A DNA stretch of 63,291 nt, filler included, from Sphacelaria rigidula (Eukaryota): NCBI GenBank assembly GCA_964200075.2. It is 9 parts of 9 records of this genome, joined end to end, with 100 filler letters (N's around TTAATTAATTAA, not from the genome) between each part and the next. Parts side by side here need not be neighbours in the genome. Positions count along the whole stretch, not along the records: positions 7,045 to 13,988 come from CAXNAA020017284.1; positions 14,089 to 21,032 come from CAXNAA020017285.1; positions 21,133 to 28,076 come from CAXNAA020017286.1; 6 more parts are not named here. The stretch is one strand, 5' to 3'. Shown here in pieces: positions 11,702-24,400 of the stretch (position 1 is its first letter; every line of letters begins with the position of its first letter). Both the position numbers and the translations under genes were made by a program. The notes below the pieces were generated by a model. The model worked only from the letters and a program-made list of their open reading frames with translations, did not search any database and had not been told where the DNA came from.

Positions 11702-13793
11702 TCATACCTTGAAGACGAAACGACGACGGGCGTCGTTGTGCCATGTGCTGGAGAAACACTCTCGCATCTTCGACAGTTCCGATGCTCTGTACCTCTCAAC
11801 CTACGTGTGGCACAGTATATCGACGTCGGTGAAAGCAAGCAGGTACGAGTCAGAGTTCGGCTGCGAGCTCTGCACAGCCTCACATGTTTCCCCAAAGTGC
11901 GGGTGAATACTGGTTAATGTAACCCATTCGTAGGAGCACCCGGAGCCACAGCGATCGCAACAAGGTATGGAAAAGAAAGCGAGACATAAGGGAGCGTGTC
12001 CGCTCGACTGAAGTAATGTATTCGTGGATCATGACCACGAGAAGGTGTGGATCTGGCATCGTTTATTGATTGGGTGTTGGTGTGACAGGATTCGAAACCA
12101 TCACGACGAAATGAGACGAGCTGCAAGTCTCTATGCCATCGCGATTTTTTCACCCTTTGGAACCACGCAGTGTCTCTCTCTTGCTTCTTTGCAGCGATAA
12201 TTTCTTCGGCCACACCACTTGCCAAGAGCTCCTGAGCGCGGCCTCGGATGTAGCATGCCTGGTTCAGTTCAGAAGAGCAGATAAGTAGACCCGTTTTAAC
12301 GGCAGAAAAGACGAGGGAGATGATCGGTTTTGCTGTCGTGGGTTGCCCGCTTTTTAATTGACAGTGCCGGTGAGTATGGATTGCACCTGCGAAACAGGAG
12401 CGAGGATCTAAGTCATGCATGTTAGCGCCGCAATGGAAAAGGGTGTCAATTTTTGTTGGCCACACTCTACCCCCCCCCTCGTTAAGACGAGGATCGGGCC
12501 TGGTTCGGCGAAAACCCGGCGTGTTCCGTCCTGGCTTTGTAGGGGTGCGAGGTCATAGGTCTTATGACTACGGCATGCAAGATCATGACTATACCCCCGC
12601 TCCCCCGCTCCCCCGCTCCCCTCCTCAGACGAGTCCGTGATCTCAAAGGAACAATCGATCTCTGCCCGGTACCAGCCTTGCATTCCGGTCTCGCAGAGTT
12701 GATCAACACTCCCGTACCGGGTAAACGTTCGACAAACAAACTCAGTCAACCACCTATTGTTTACTCACGTCCCCACGCTTTCAACGGTGAAAATCAGATA
12801 CTTCGAAGAAAAACCCAACGCTTCTGGCGGGAATCGAACCCACATTCTCTACACCCTAATGGTGTCAGTCGGGCCATTACTTACGCCACCGGGGTGCGGC
12901 GGTCTATTACACACCAATTAGTTTGACCCGTCTTACCGTCACACATGAATGAATGGCAAAAGGTAAAGGACGTATCGCATACTTTGCTGTTGGTTATGCT
13001 CCTCATTTTTGAGCTCTTCTAATTTCTCGCGTATCGTTCTTCGCTTGCTTCGGAAACCACAGAAATTCTAGTTTCATACCTCCTCATGGAAGGCCAAGCT
13101 TGGCGAGTAGCGCATCAAGTCGTCCACCATTCCAAGGGCTAGCGCTTGACTCGCGGTGATCGCTCGGGTGCTGTCTGTGAGCTCCTTCGCTGCCTCCTTA
13201 CCCATCCTTGCTTGTAAAAAAAACGACCAGTACTCCGAACCCGTCAACTCCATGGCCTGTCAACCCACAAGTTCGCGAAGTACTAGGATCATTCCTGGTG
13301 GTGGTGGAATGACGTGTATTTCTAGGATGGGACAGCGCTTCGCAAACACATGCGCGCAACGCTTTGCGATCTACGTGTGTTTCGTCGCGTGATGTTTTTA
13401 GGGCAACCTGTTGTCACGTGAAGAAACAACCGGTGTCTAAGTTATCCAGGTAATGAAGCTACGCGCACAGAAAAAAACACTTTTGTGGAGCTGTCTACTG
13501 GTCGAACCCGCGGTCGTCCTCCTGACAGCATCGATAGTCTTTGGGGCGGCGTTGTCGCGCCCTTCGCGGTAATTGTGCGCTCTTTTACGACACGGCACCA
13601 CGATGGTCAAGCATACCTTATAGTGGGGATTGAGAATAATGCTTTCGTGAGCCCACACGAGATCGGACGACATTGCTGCCATTGCCCCACCGGCTCCGGC
13701 ATTGCCCCGCATGGCGCTGACGACGACCTTGTCCGTGATAGAGAACGCCTCCATGATGGAGTCGTTGATCGCGTTGATGTTCCTCCACGATTC
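11702..13793 (-). CDS. hypX: HypX/HoxX-like protein, C-terminal enoyl-CoA hydratase/crotonase-like domain (5'-partial, 4 exons)
   Basis: Four phase-0 GT-AG exons. 13793-13617: ESWRNINAINDSIMEAFSITDKVVVSAMRGNAGAGGAMAAMSSDLVWAHESIILNPHYK. 13256-13080: AMELTGSEYWSFFLQARMGKEAAKELTDSTRAITASQALALGMVDDLMRYSPSLAFHEE. 12258-12154: ACYIRGRAQELLASGVAEEIIAAKKQERDTAWFQR. 11800-11708: VERYRASELSKMRECFSSTWHNDARRRFVFK, then GTA TGA (V-stop at 11702, or a further donor). The motifs ESWxNINAI, GNAGAGG, LNPHYK, GSEYW and YRxxELxxM...ARxxFVxK are those I recognise from bacterial HypX. Upstream exons lie beyond the contig edge. Confidence 0.88.
12497..12622 (+). mobile_element. LINE 3' tail, subfamily B, with C-rich tail (intronic in the HypX-like gene)
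   Basis: GGCGAAAACCCGGCGTGTTCCGTCC...TTTGTAGGGGTGCGAGGTCA...CTTATGACTACGGCATGCAAGATCATGA followed by (CCCCCGCT)n. Other copies at ~28030-28076(-), 28222-28310, 35490-35592, 40944-41032, 45650-45770. Confidence 0.75.
12622..12895 (-). mobile_element. tRNA-derived SINE, family 2
   Basis: Minus-strand head CCCCGGTGGCGTAAGTAATGG (A box) ... GTGGGTTCGATTCCCGCC (B box). Body shared with ~14615-14830, ~49395-49610 and ~54690-54975. Confidence 0.7.
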
Positions 13794-14885
13794 CTGGATA
13801 AACGCGGCATATAATACCAGCGGCCGGTGGTTCATGTGGCGACGGCATTGCATCTGTATGTAACACCAAAGGCCTCTTGTATCGTGTGAACTAGAACGGT
13901 CGGCCGCGTAGATGTGTTAGAGAGAGATCGTAGCGGCTTTAGTAGCGCTTCTCAGTTGCCGGTATGCCACGCTCGGATGTCTACAAGTNNNNNNNNNNNN
14001 NNNNNNNNNNNNNNNNNNNNNNNNNNNNNNNNTTAATTAATTAANNNNNNNNNNNNNNNNNNNNNNNNNNNNNNNNNNNNNNNNNNNNCCCCCCCCCGCG
14101 ACCCGCGCCTAAAAAGGGATGGGGGGGCGGTGGTCAAACGACGAAGGCAAGCAACAAATGAGACCCCCCCCCCCCCCCCCCCCTCCCGGTACACGCCTTA
14201 CACTTTGGTAACGCGGGTTGATTTGCATCAGCACTCCCGCACCACATCACACGGCGTAGACTGTCCTCGAACACTGGTACTGGAAGAAGAACGAGGACGA
14301 TACGGATGTCTTGCAACAGTATGAAAGCTGCCAACAGTTACGACTACGTTACTCTGTTCGCAGTTAATAGAAGCTGTCAGCCGCAGCGTCCGTCCCCTTG
14401 GCCCCTGTAGCGCACAGGCCCTAAGGATCATGTTGTAGCCGGCGATGTTACTGTTGTACTTGATACAAGGCAGCACGATCCCTTTTACTGCATGTAGCTC
14501 GCTCACAAGTCGTGTTTTGATCCACGACATGGCGATAGTATGCTTCCCCTTACCCCCCATACCCCCGTCGCTCACTCATTCTCCCTTGTTTTCTGATCGC
14601 ACTTTGAACCCGTCCCTCTCCTCGGGACGAGTCCGTGGTCTCAAGGGATGAGGCCATCTCTCCCCGGTGCATGCCTTGCATTTTGGTCTCGCGGATGGGA
14701 GTCCGTAGTCTAGCACCGCATCAATTCTCATGACACGAACTCATTCACTCTGCTTTATGCTTGGTCACGCACGTACCCGCGCTGTCGACGGTGGAAATCG
14801 GATACTGTACTTTCGAAGAAAATATGTCATTTTCATATTCGTTTTTTTTTCGCGTTTTTTTTTCGTGTTTTTTTCTTTTTTCAAG

Positions 14886-15038
14886 ACGACACCCGCGGGT
14901 ACCTCAGAAGACGGACCGGCCACGGTTGTGACATCCATGGTTAGGACAGCTCCGCAAGAAGCTACAGTCGAAAGGGCGAGAGGCAGCGGCGACATGGACC
15001 GTAACAACCCAGTGGATCAAATGGACACCTCGGCATGA
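14886..15038 (+). CDS. Possible terminal exon of an unidentified gene
   Basis: A polypyrimidine tract and AAG precede an open frame (TTPAGTSEDGP...DQMDTSA-stop), followed by (CA)n-containing UTR-like sequence. No recognisable domain. Confidence 0.3.
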   Translation, partial: TTPAGTSEDGPATVVTSMVRTAPQEATVERARGSGDMDRNNPVDQMDTSA

Positions 15039-18000
15039 CGCTTTGCCTCGTCTTTGGCTATACGCACACACACACACACACACACACACCATACACATAC
15101 ATACATACATATATACACAAAGGGTGTTTGTATGTGTGTGTATTTTTTCCTTCAGACCGAGTGGTTCAGGGCCGCTTGCTGTTGCTGTTGGTTGTTGTCG
15201 CGGTTGTGCTCGTTCTCGCTGTTTGTTGTTTGTTGTTGTCTGGGGTCATGTATGTAGCGTGCTTCGAAAATGTCGCACGACGCGGTAGCGTAGGCGGTAG
15301 CTTTCTAACCGGGGTCACGGTGTGATCAACGTATCCTCCATGACACTGAAAACTGCGGCAAAGCTACCACGAGCAACAAGATAGAGTGTTGTTCCAGTCA
15401 TGCTCCAGGATCCTCTCTTGGAGCTTCCCTTGGAGCAAGGAGATACTTTCAATGAAACCATCGTGCGTGGTGGGTGATGATGTCATTGAAAATTTATCGT
15501 TCCCGGGACCGTTCCTCCCAGGGGTCCCCACGGCATTTGATGAATAATGACATGAGTAGCGATCATGTTCCAGAGTAGATATGAAGGGGGGAAAGAAGTG
15601 TGTGGTTTACCTGAATAGTGCATGCGCAAATTTTGTTACTTGTCAACCGCTGGCAGCCCTTGCACAATGGTATATATGTACGTGTATGTGTACCTAGCGG
15701 TCCATCGTAGAGTAGCATTCCTGGATTGGCTGAGCTCTGGTTCATGAGAGGGAGCGGTGCACTGCACTCGTCTCTCTCGGCGTAAAATATTTATGCGTTT
15801 TGACGTGCTGCAGCAGTGCGTTTTGAGGGTTATTATTCAACGCCTTTTGTTTTGCCTCTCGTCAATCGCGTGCTACTCGGATTTTTTTCTTCTATTTTCC
15901 CTGTTTCTGATACCTTGCAGTGCATGAAAGGCGGTTTGGATTGGTCTGGTTTTGCGCTCCTCCACAGACATCTCCAAGCTAAGCTCGCTGCATGCTCTCC
16001 AATTTTGTCTTGTGTTAAAATGTTTTTTACTCTTTTTTTCTGTCTGTGTATCTTGTGTGTCGAAATCGCGGTCCTCGTCTGGTCGAGGTGGACTGCGCAC
16101 ATATGAAGGGAAGGGGTGGGGCGGGGGGGGGAAGTGATGTTGGGAAATGTGAATATGGAATCGAAATGAATTATGGACGGCGCTTGATCAGGGGGTTTGG
16201 CTGTTGATTGCATCCTGCGGCTTTGCAGTAGCAAATTAAGGTATGAACATCGATGGTATTCTATCACGTTACTTGTCTGTTTCCCCAAACCAGCATATAC
16301 ACATATTTATATATATATATTTATTTTTTTGTGTGGCACGTTGTTTGTTAGTTCTGTGCCCGGGAACAAAGGTCGAACGGCTTGAGTGAACTAGTCGCAA
16401 GGCTTCTTTTGTTTTTGTTCTCTTTGTCATCACCTACCGTTGTGTAAACGTGGACCTCCTAGCGGGGAACCGAAGCTAGGTTGGTTAACGTGTGTGTTTG
16501 TCACGCGATCGAAAGCGTCCATGCGAGTGTGGTCCATGTGCTACGGAGATGCCGTCGGTCGTCTGTACTGAAGTGCCATAGTGAGAATACACTGTCGTGT
16601 GCCTTAACTTAGTTGCCAGTGTTTCTGGGGTATTTCCAGCCCGGAGCACTTCCTAGCATATGCTGAGTTTTCCAGTGTATTTGTGGTATCGAGAACCCTC
16701 CAGGGTACCCTGTATTTCCGGGGTATTTTCAGTGTTGAGTACTCCCCGTGTATCCTACGTTTCGCGGGTACTAGTAGTATCGAGTAACTCCCCCCCCCGG
16801 GGGGGGGGATACTCGGGGTATCAACAGTACGGGATACCCTCTGCCCCCCTTCACGGTACCCTGTGTTCCAAAATGGTATTTGCAGTACCGAATATCCAGG
16901 GTACCACAGGGGTATTAACTGTACAATAACCATATCGGTACCCGTACCCTATCTTTGATACCTTCGCTTGCGCTGAGAGACGAGGGGGAAACTACTGAGG
17001 CGCTTGACGTTCTGGTGCTTTGACGACCCGCATTTTCTCGACGCATCGGTCCTTTGAACTCATGTGTGTGAGGATCTAGGCCTTCGCCTCGCACGGCTGT
17101 GGGTTTTGTGCAGCGGCTCTTCGCGGCCAGCCAGGGTCGTGGGCATACGTTGATCGTGTGCAGTTTTTATTTGTGCATTTTGTTTGAAGAATGACATGTG
17201 TATCGTAGGTATGGCAGCTTTTTTGCCTTGTTGTGCGTTGAGAAAAGGAGAGCCATGGAGGAGCGTGCCCGGTTTGACAATGATATGGGGAATATATAAG
17301 CTGGTTATTCCCTCTCGCTTTAGGTGTTTTGTATTGTGGTGTGGCGTGTTTCTTCAACCATGTGTATTTGGGTGTGGTGGAAAGTGAAGTAGTCGTAGGT
17401 GTTTTTCACACCCCGAATGAAAAGTCCTGGCGCCTGTCCACACGATGTGCGGTGGTTCAGTCACGTCAAATGCATACATCCGCTTGTTACCGTGCTCTGG
17501 CTTTCGTTGCACAAGTGTCCAGTGCATACAATGTCCAAACGCATGACTTCTTTTGCTTCGAGGAGTAGGTAGCATCATGACACGTTTGTAGTGATGCTGC
17601 TGCATATGTATATGTAATATAGTGTAGTATCGTAATATGCATGAACACTTTTGGCAAAGTGGTGATGGTTTTGTCAATCCCCGGAGTTCAATTTTGTTGC
17701 GAGTAACAACCGACTAGCCACCGACCTATCACGATGCTCTTCCGTTTGCCGCTTTGTCGGTGGCTTACCCTGTGTGCGGTAGAATGGCTTACTTTTTTTG
17801 TTGCTCTTTTTGGGATCAGTTTGTCAGGGAGGAAACCTGCTGAGCTCGAGGCGGGTGCACTTGAGAGGGAGGGCAAGGAAGTCGCGTCAAGCATTCAGCA
17901 AACGCGTCTACGTGCCGAGAACTAACTGCCTTATGAACGAATGGACGCTCATGAGCGTGGCGGACCGACGTTCGTTCCGCTTTTTGGCGGGGTACTGTTG

Positions 18001-21000
18001 TACTTACTGTAGCACGTGTGTGATGATATGCATGATTTGTTGTTTTGGGACATGTTACTTTGTGGAGGACGTTCTCTTTTTTTTACGGGGGGGGGGGGAA
18101 TCGTCTCCTGTGAATAGTGAAACGTCGATCGTCGATTTTCGATGGATGTGTTTGACTTGAGATGCAGTTTTCCAGGATGTTACGGATTGAGCCAATACGT
18201 CAGCCAGGTGTGTTTCTTTAGAGGGAGGCACGGGGGAGAGATTGGGAGCGATGTGATTTCATGTGCTTTCTAGTGACTTGATATAAAAAAAGAGGATACA
18301 GACTACGTAGGAAGATTTGCAGACTTATGCGCCTTGCTCTTTCGTATATAGGGGATGAACCGGAGTCATTATCCATCACGATGCGCTGTTTTTCGTGCGA
18401 TGCGTACATGAGGGTTTTGACTGATCGAGTGATGTGTTGCTGACAAAACAGGAAGATGATGTCAAGAAAACATCCAGTTGTCGTGATGTTTTAGCAGCGA
18501 ATGCAACAGAGCACTAAAAAGATTATGGCCCTTTAATGTTCTCTTTGATCATTCCAGTAAATATTTTTGATATTTTTCAGGGCAAAAGACGAAAAGGGGG
18601 TACACCCTGGTGCTTTTGGAACAAAAAGGGCTAACGCATTTTTCGCTCTGGGGCGCGACGCTGCACGCGGTCTGAACACCTCGAAAACACGTTCCAGCGC
18701 CTCAGCCCCACGCTCAAGGTGTCTGGGCAGCATGCCCGACCATTGTTCTTCATTTTCACAAGTAACAATGTTTTTGTGAGGTTTAGAGTGAACGATGTTT
18801 TCGTGAGATTGAGAGTGGAGAGTTGGTTGAGGGTGGGTTTTACCATTCGCTTCAAATTGACCACTTTCTCATTCTGAGTGTGCTTTTCGTTGCCTGTAAC
18901 ACTGGTGTGTGCTTACAGCTACACATCGATATCCCGCTCAGGGATATCAAGGGCTTCAGTGGCAAGACACTGCAGAAAGCATGTCGGGCCTCATGAAGGG
19001 GCATTTCGGAACTGATACTGTTCACTCAGTAAATGACCGCTCTTCACTCTCAATCGTATCCTCTACTCTCTATCTCACGAAAACGCTGTAAGTAGAGGAT
19101 ATACGCTATATATGAGTACAGGATACGATTGAGAGTGAGAAGCGATCAAGTTGTGAATGAATCGTTTCAGTTCCGAAACGCCCCTCCACGAGGCCCGATA
19201 TGCTTCTTGTGGTAGCCTGCCACTGAAGCCCCTGATATCCCTGAGTAGGATATCGACACGTGCTGCAAGCACACGGCTGTGATTCAGGCGAAGAAAAGCA
19301 CCTACGGAATGAAAAATCAGCCGAGTCAAACGAGTGATGAAACCCGCTCTCAATCAGTGCCCTACTCTCTCTCACGAAAATATTGTCAAGTGTTACTAGG
19401 GTGAACTACGGCGCCGAAAATGAGAGCCTGTGAGGCCGCTTCTCATAGACTGAAAGAAAATCTCTCTGAGAACTGCTCTTTTGAACCTTTTATCACGGGT
19501 TATTGGCGGAATACGGGCCTTAACGGATTTTGCCTCCTCTGAAAGATTTGCTATATTTTTCACGAGGATTCTAGCGCACTTGTCCGATTGTTTGTACGCC
19601 CAGTTTTACTTTGTGCCATGTACAAAAAAGGGCACACCTTCGTACTTTTGGAACAAAGAAGCTTGGGGGTATTTCTCGCTTTGGGGGGGCGCGGCGCTGC
19701 AAGCGGACTGAACACCTCGAAAACACTTTCCAGCGCCTCAGCCCAAGGTGTCCGGGCAGCATACCCATTTTTTTTGTTTTCATTTTCACAATTGTTACTG
19801 GGCTGAACTACGGCGCCGAAAATCAGAGCCTGTGAGAGTACCCTTTTTGTAAGCAAAACAGGAGGGTACACCCTGCCCTCTGCTAAAAAGTTATATTTTG
19901 CCTTTTTTTGTTTCTCCGTTGATCCTTTTTTGTGAAGTGATGGCCCTTTTTTGTGACGTGGTGACCGTACCGCCGTCTCAGCACAAGATACGCCGAGCAG
20001 TCATAACCATAGCCATTTTTGGTGAAATCACACCCCACCAAAAAAAGCCGAAACCCAACGACCAGAATAGTGTGTATATCACCCCTGCAGGTTGGTCCTA
20101 AGACCAGGAAGATCCAACGATGCGTACAAGTCGCTTGTATGCCGGAGCTCACAAAGATCCAACGAACAGGGGTGAACATCTTGCCGACACACCAGCCCGA
20201 ACGGCATCATGCGGCGACAACGTCAGACCGTTGCCAGATCTGCAATTTGCGGCTGTGACACAGAGATGGACACCGACCGGACTCCAGATTGGAGGAAGAA
20301 CGCCTGAATCCAACGGTATAGACTGTCCAATCGGGTGTCTTCCTCTGATCGTTCTCGTTGCACCCACGAGACTACCACTCGGAATGCTCAAAGCTGCATG
20401 TGAGGCCGGCGCACCACCCGATATATCCACATGCTCTCAAGGGTCTGTCGAGGGAAAATTTTCGGACACGGAGGCCCCCCCACCCCCCCCTCCCGTAGGA
20501 CAATTTTTCGAAAATTGCCATGATTTTGAAGATTTTTTTCGTGTTTTGGTGATTTTCTGAACTTTTTATTGAAATTGTTGAAAGAAATTAATCAACATAC
20601 ACTGACAAAAACCGACAAGTCTGGCGGGCTTTGTGAGGTTCGTATATTTGCTTCGGCTCCTTGCCCGCCCTGTGCCGATGACCTCGGACGCCGGCAACGC
20701 TTACACACATCTATGTACAATACACGAACGCACGGTAGCAACAGCCTGTAGCCAAAGTAGCAACATTATCTCACGCCTCGCCAAATTTGCCGGGACTACA
20801 GTACTAGTAACAGCGGATCATAATTTTTGGGGTCGATCTCTAAAATGAGGTCCAAGTGGCATATTATCTTCTTTGCAGGGATGACGCGAAACAGTTTCAC
20901 GGAGTGAAACCATCTTCCCTCTCAAATATCTGCAGCAGTTAGGCAGTTGTGGCTAGGTGCACCGAACGAATGCGGTGTACACACGTAACAACAAATTGTG

Positions 21001-21493
21001 AGAATTGAGGTTTAACTTCGAGATGAGGCTCANNNNNNNNNNNNNNNNNNNNNNNNNNNNNNNNNNNNNNNNNNNNTTAATTAATTAANNNNNNNNNNNN
21101 NNNNNNNNNNNNNNNNNNNNNNNNNNNNNNNNCTTCGCCTCTTCATTGCGGTCAGTATGATACCATATATGCGACTATTGGGTGCGTATTGCGGAAGGCA
21201 TTTGCTGATGACCCAATTTTGGGTGATCACCGTGAACCAGCCTGTAGTTGAAAGTGAAAGCGATGTAAATCGAGGTATAGGTGCGCCCGAGTCGCCCCCT
21301 CTGCTTTGGCATTTTCTCCTCGCCGAAGGTTAGCTCACGGCACTTCATCTCCGCGTGTCTTTTCCTCAGGCCCTTTCTCATTATAACGTTCGACAGCTTG
21401 AAACTCCCCTTCTCGTACCCGTGTGTTAGAGCTCGATGCGACATGCCTTTATCATTCGGCTTATGTTCTTGTCTTCGTGTCTCGCTTGTTCAG

Positions 21494-24400
21494 GCTATCG
21501 GATGTAGTAGGAATCGAGTGGGGGCGTTGTGCTCCCGCGCCAGACGGCGGAGGCTACTACGAGTTGTACTACACGGTGCCCGACGAGCTCCGAAGACCGT
21601 GGCAGGTGCAGACAACGATGGAGATGCCTCGCCGGTGACATGCCGAACGTCTATTATTGTATTGGTTCTCTCTTTTTGTCGGTGCTTTTCGTATCCGCCG
21701 ACAGAGGCCGAGGATTTTTAAGTCGTGTGAGGATGATCGTGCGGCGTTGGAGTTAGGGTTGCACTCGAGTCGGGAGCCCATCCTAAGTTATTCCTCACAG
21801 CTTCCCCACTATGCTGTATATATGCTGGGGACAGGTACGGCGGGTGTTGCTGCGATCAACGGCATCGATGACGAGGTCGCCAGTCAACGGCGGCAAGAGT
21901 GGCTCCAATGACTCCGTCCGACACCGTGGAAGTAAGGATGACGATAGTATTCCTGGGTTGCAATGGGCGGTGGACATGGCTAGTGACGCGGCGGTTTTCG
22001 AGGAGGTCGATGACGCCTTTTTCGTAGATGTGGGCAAGACCAAAGATCATGCCTTCGTCGTCATCAACGTGCACTCCAAGACTACTTCAGAGATCTTGCT
22101 TCTCCCCGCCATCACCAATACTGCCGACACTCCGTCTACCACGACACCCTCCGCTCTTGAAGAAGGCGTGCTCAAAACAGCGTCATCGGTCGCCGGGAAG
22201 GCTCACGTCAGCAAGGACGAAGGTAGCAAGGTAGACCACGGCGTTCTCAGCAGCAGTCGCGGCAGCAGTAGCAGCGATTGCAGCCCGGTGTTGCTCCGGA
22301 AGCGAAAGCAAGGTGTAGAGTTCTACGTCGATCACGCGGTACACACCTTCTACCTCATCACTAATTCCCCTCCTGAACGCGAACGTGGGATTTGCTGCAA
22401 CGAAAATGTAGACACCATCGGGGGAGCGGAGGAGTATCGGCTCGTGCGTCTCCGGCAGCCACGAGGTAAAGATGGGCCCTGCCTCCGAGGTATCGCGGAC
22501 GAGCCGTGGGAAAGCGTCCGATACTACGGCCGCGAGTCTCTCGAGAACAGGGATACAGCGACTAAAACCATCAGCCCCCTACACACTCATCAGGAGTGCT
22601 CCGATGTCTGCTCGTTGGAAGACAATGAGGACAAAAGAAGGAAAGACAGTGGTGGGGCTACTGGTGTGGGCGAGCTGGTGCGTGACACTCCCGATGGAGT
22701 TGAGAAGCATGGGGACATCGAGAGGCAGGCTGGAGGTCATGAAGGTGCCGCCGCCCCCGTTACCGCAATACGAGGCGATGTGAATGTGGGAGGAGGAGAA
22801 GGAGCAGGCGGCACGATTGAGGAGATGGATCTGTTCCGGGAGCATTGCGTGCTGTATGAGACATCTACGAGTGGGTCTCCGAGGCTGAGGGTGGTGCCGC
22901 TTGGTAGCCCCGAGTCGGCGTTCGTAGTTACTCCACCGCCTCCGGGCGGCTGCGGCGGTGCGAATTTTTCGTGTGCGAGGTTTCGTGCGTTTTGTAGACA
23001 AGCGCGGCTTTTGCTGCATGTCAAATACGTTGTGCGAGTTTTCGCTCCTCGTTGCGTATCCCATACGCGAATACTACAATAGCGTATCCTACAACACAAG
23101 AGCGTACTATATATATATAACACAACGGTCAGTAGACGATCAACGTGCCTGTGGATACCACAAATACATCGCTGGAGAACGCATGAGACTGTCAGTCGAT
23201 TCGACTTCGACAACTTCACTTTTAGCCGAGAGTTCATCGTGTAGGCCAGACACGTGAGGAGGAAAAAAGAAAATACTTGTATCGGACTCTGCTCTACGCT
23301 TTCTTCAAAACAACAGGCGGCGACTGCGACAGCAAAGGCAATAGTAACTTCGGCGGCGAGGTAAAAGACACGGCGATGGCCGACGGGGCTAGCGTCCTCA
23401 GGCCCGGCGTGAACGCGTGGCTCGATAGCAAGACCGCGCGATTCTCGGTTTCATCGCCTACCGCTCCCGAGGATGTGTATGACTTGTGTCTGCAGTCCGG
23501 GAGACTAGACTTGCTCCGACGGACGAATGTGCCCGGCAGCCCTCGCTTTGACAGCAGCAACTACAGGTGTGGGCGTGCAATAGGAGAGCATACTGTACCG
23601 CAACAACCCCCTCCCTTTTTTTTCACAAGCGTATCTTTCCCTGCGCCTCGTCGAATGTGCCATGTGTTGCGTGCTGCCTTTGTTCAAGCTTATCTTGTGC
23701 TAGGATGTGTATAGCGAACCAAGGGTCAGAAGGGACTATGCAACAATCTTACGACTTGTTAGGGGAAAGGGATACATATCACTTGCATTTCGTGTGTCGT
23801 GTGACGTGTGTGTGTGTTGGTGCATGTTCGTTTTGCAGGTGCTACCGAGTTCAAGTGAGCTCTCATGACGGAGTGCGGATTCCGCTGACGATCGCGCATG
23901 ATAGATCAATAGTACTCGATGGCACCAATCGCTTGGTCTTGCACGGGTGAGTTTTGTGTTCCTCGCCACTGCTGTGCGGTGCTGCTGCCTTGCAGCCAAG
24001 CACCCTTTCCGATAATCACTCCCGTGAAGCTGCTGTTTTGCGGTCAAGCACACACAACGGAGAACACAATAAAAAAACATCTTAGCTTCTTATCGTGGCT
24101 CCGCCATCTGTGACGACACGAGGGTATCAAGTTTGACAACATGTCCATTAAACAACGACCCCCCGATGCTATTGTAGCGCACGTTTGTTTACTCGCGGAA
24201 TATTTTGAGGGCTTTCACTTTATCAGACCTGAAATATTCTCGGTTCCCGTTGATCATGGAGTACACGCAATCTCTCAAGGACCGGACGGAATTATCGCTG
24301 GTTCGAATCACCGAACTCTACGATTTCTTGGGCCGGGTTGCTCGGAAGGGAGAAAAAAGTTGACCCTGGACCAAAGAAGTCTCTGCGTTTTTTTTTCTGC

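Noticed and set aside
12820-12895. tRNA gene
   Set aside because: It has A/B boxes but no convincing cloverleaf and continues into a dispersed repeat body, so it is a SINE head. The same applies to ~6532 and ~49130-49205.
14089-21032. Upstream (formyltransferase-domain) exons of the HypX-like gene
   Set aside because: This is a different contig, and I saw no HypX N-terminal motifs in it.
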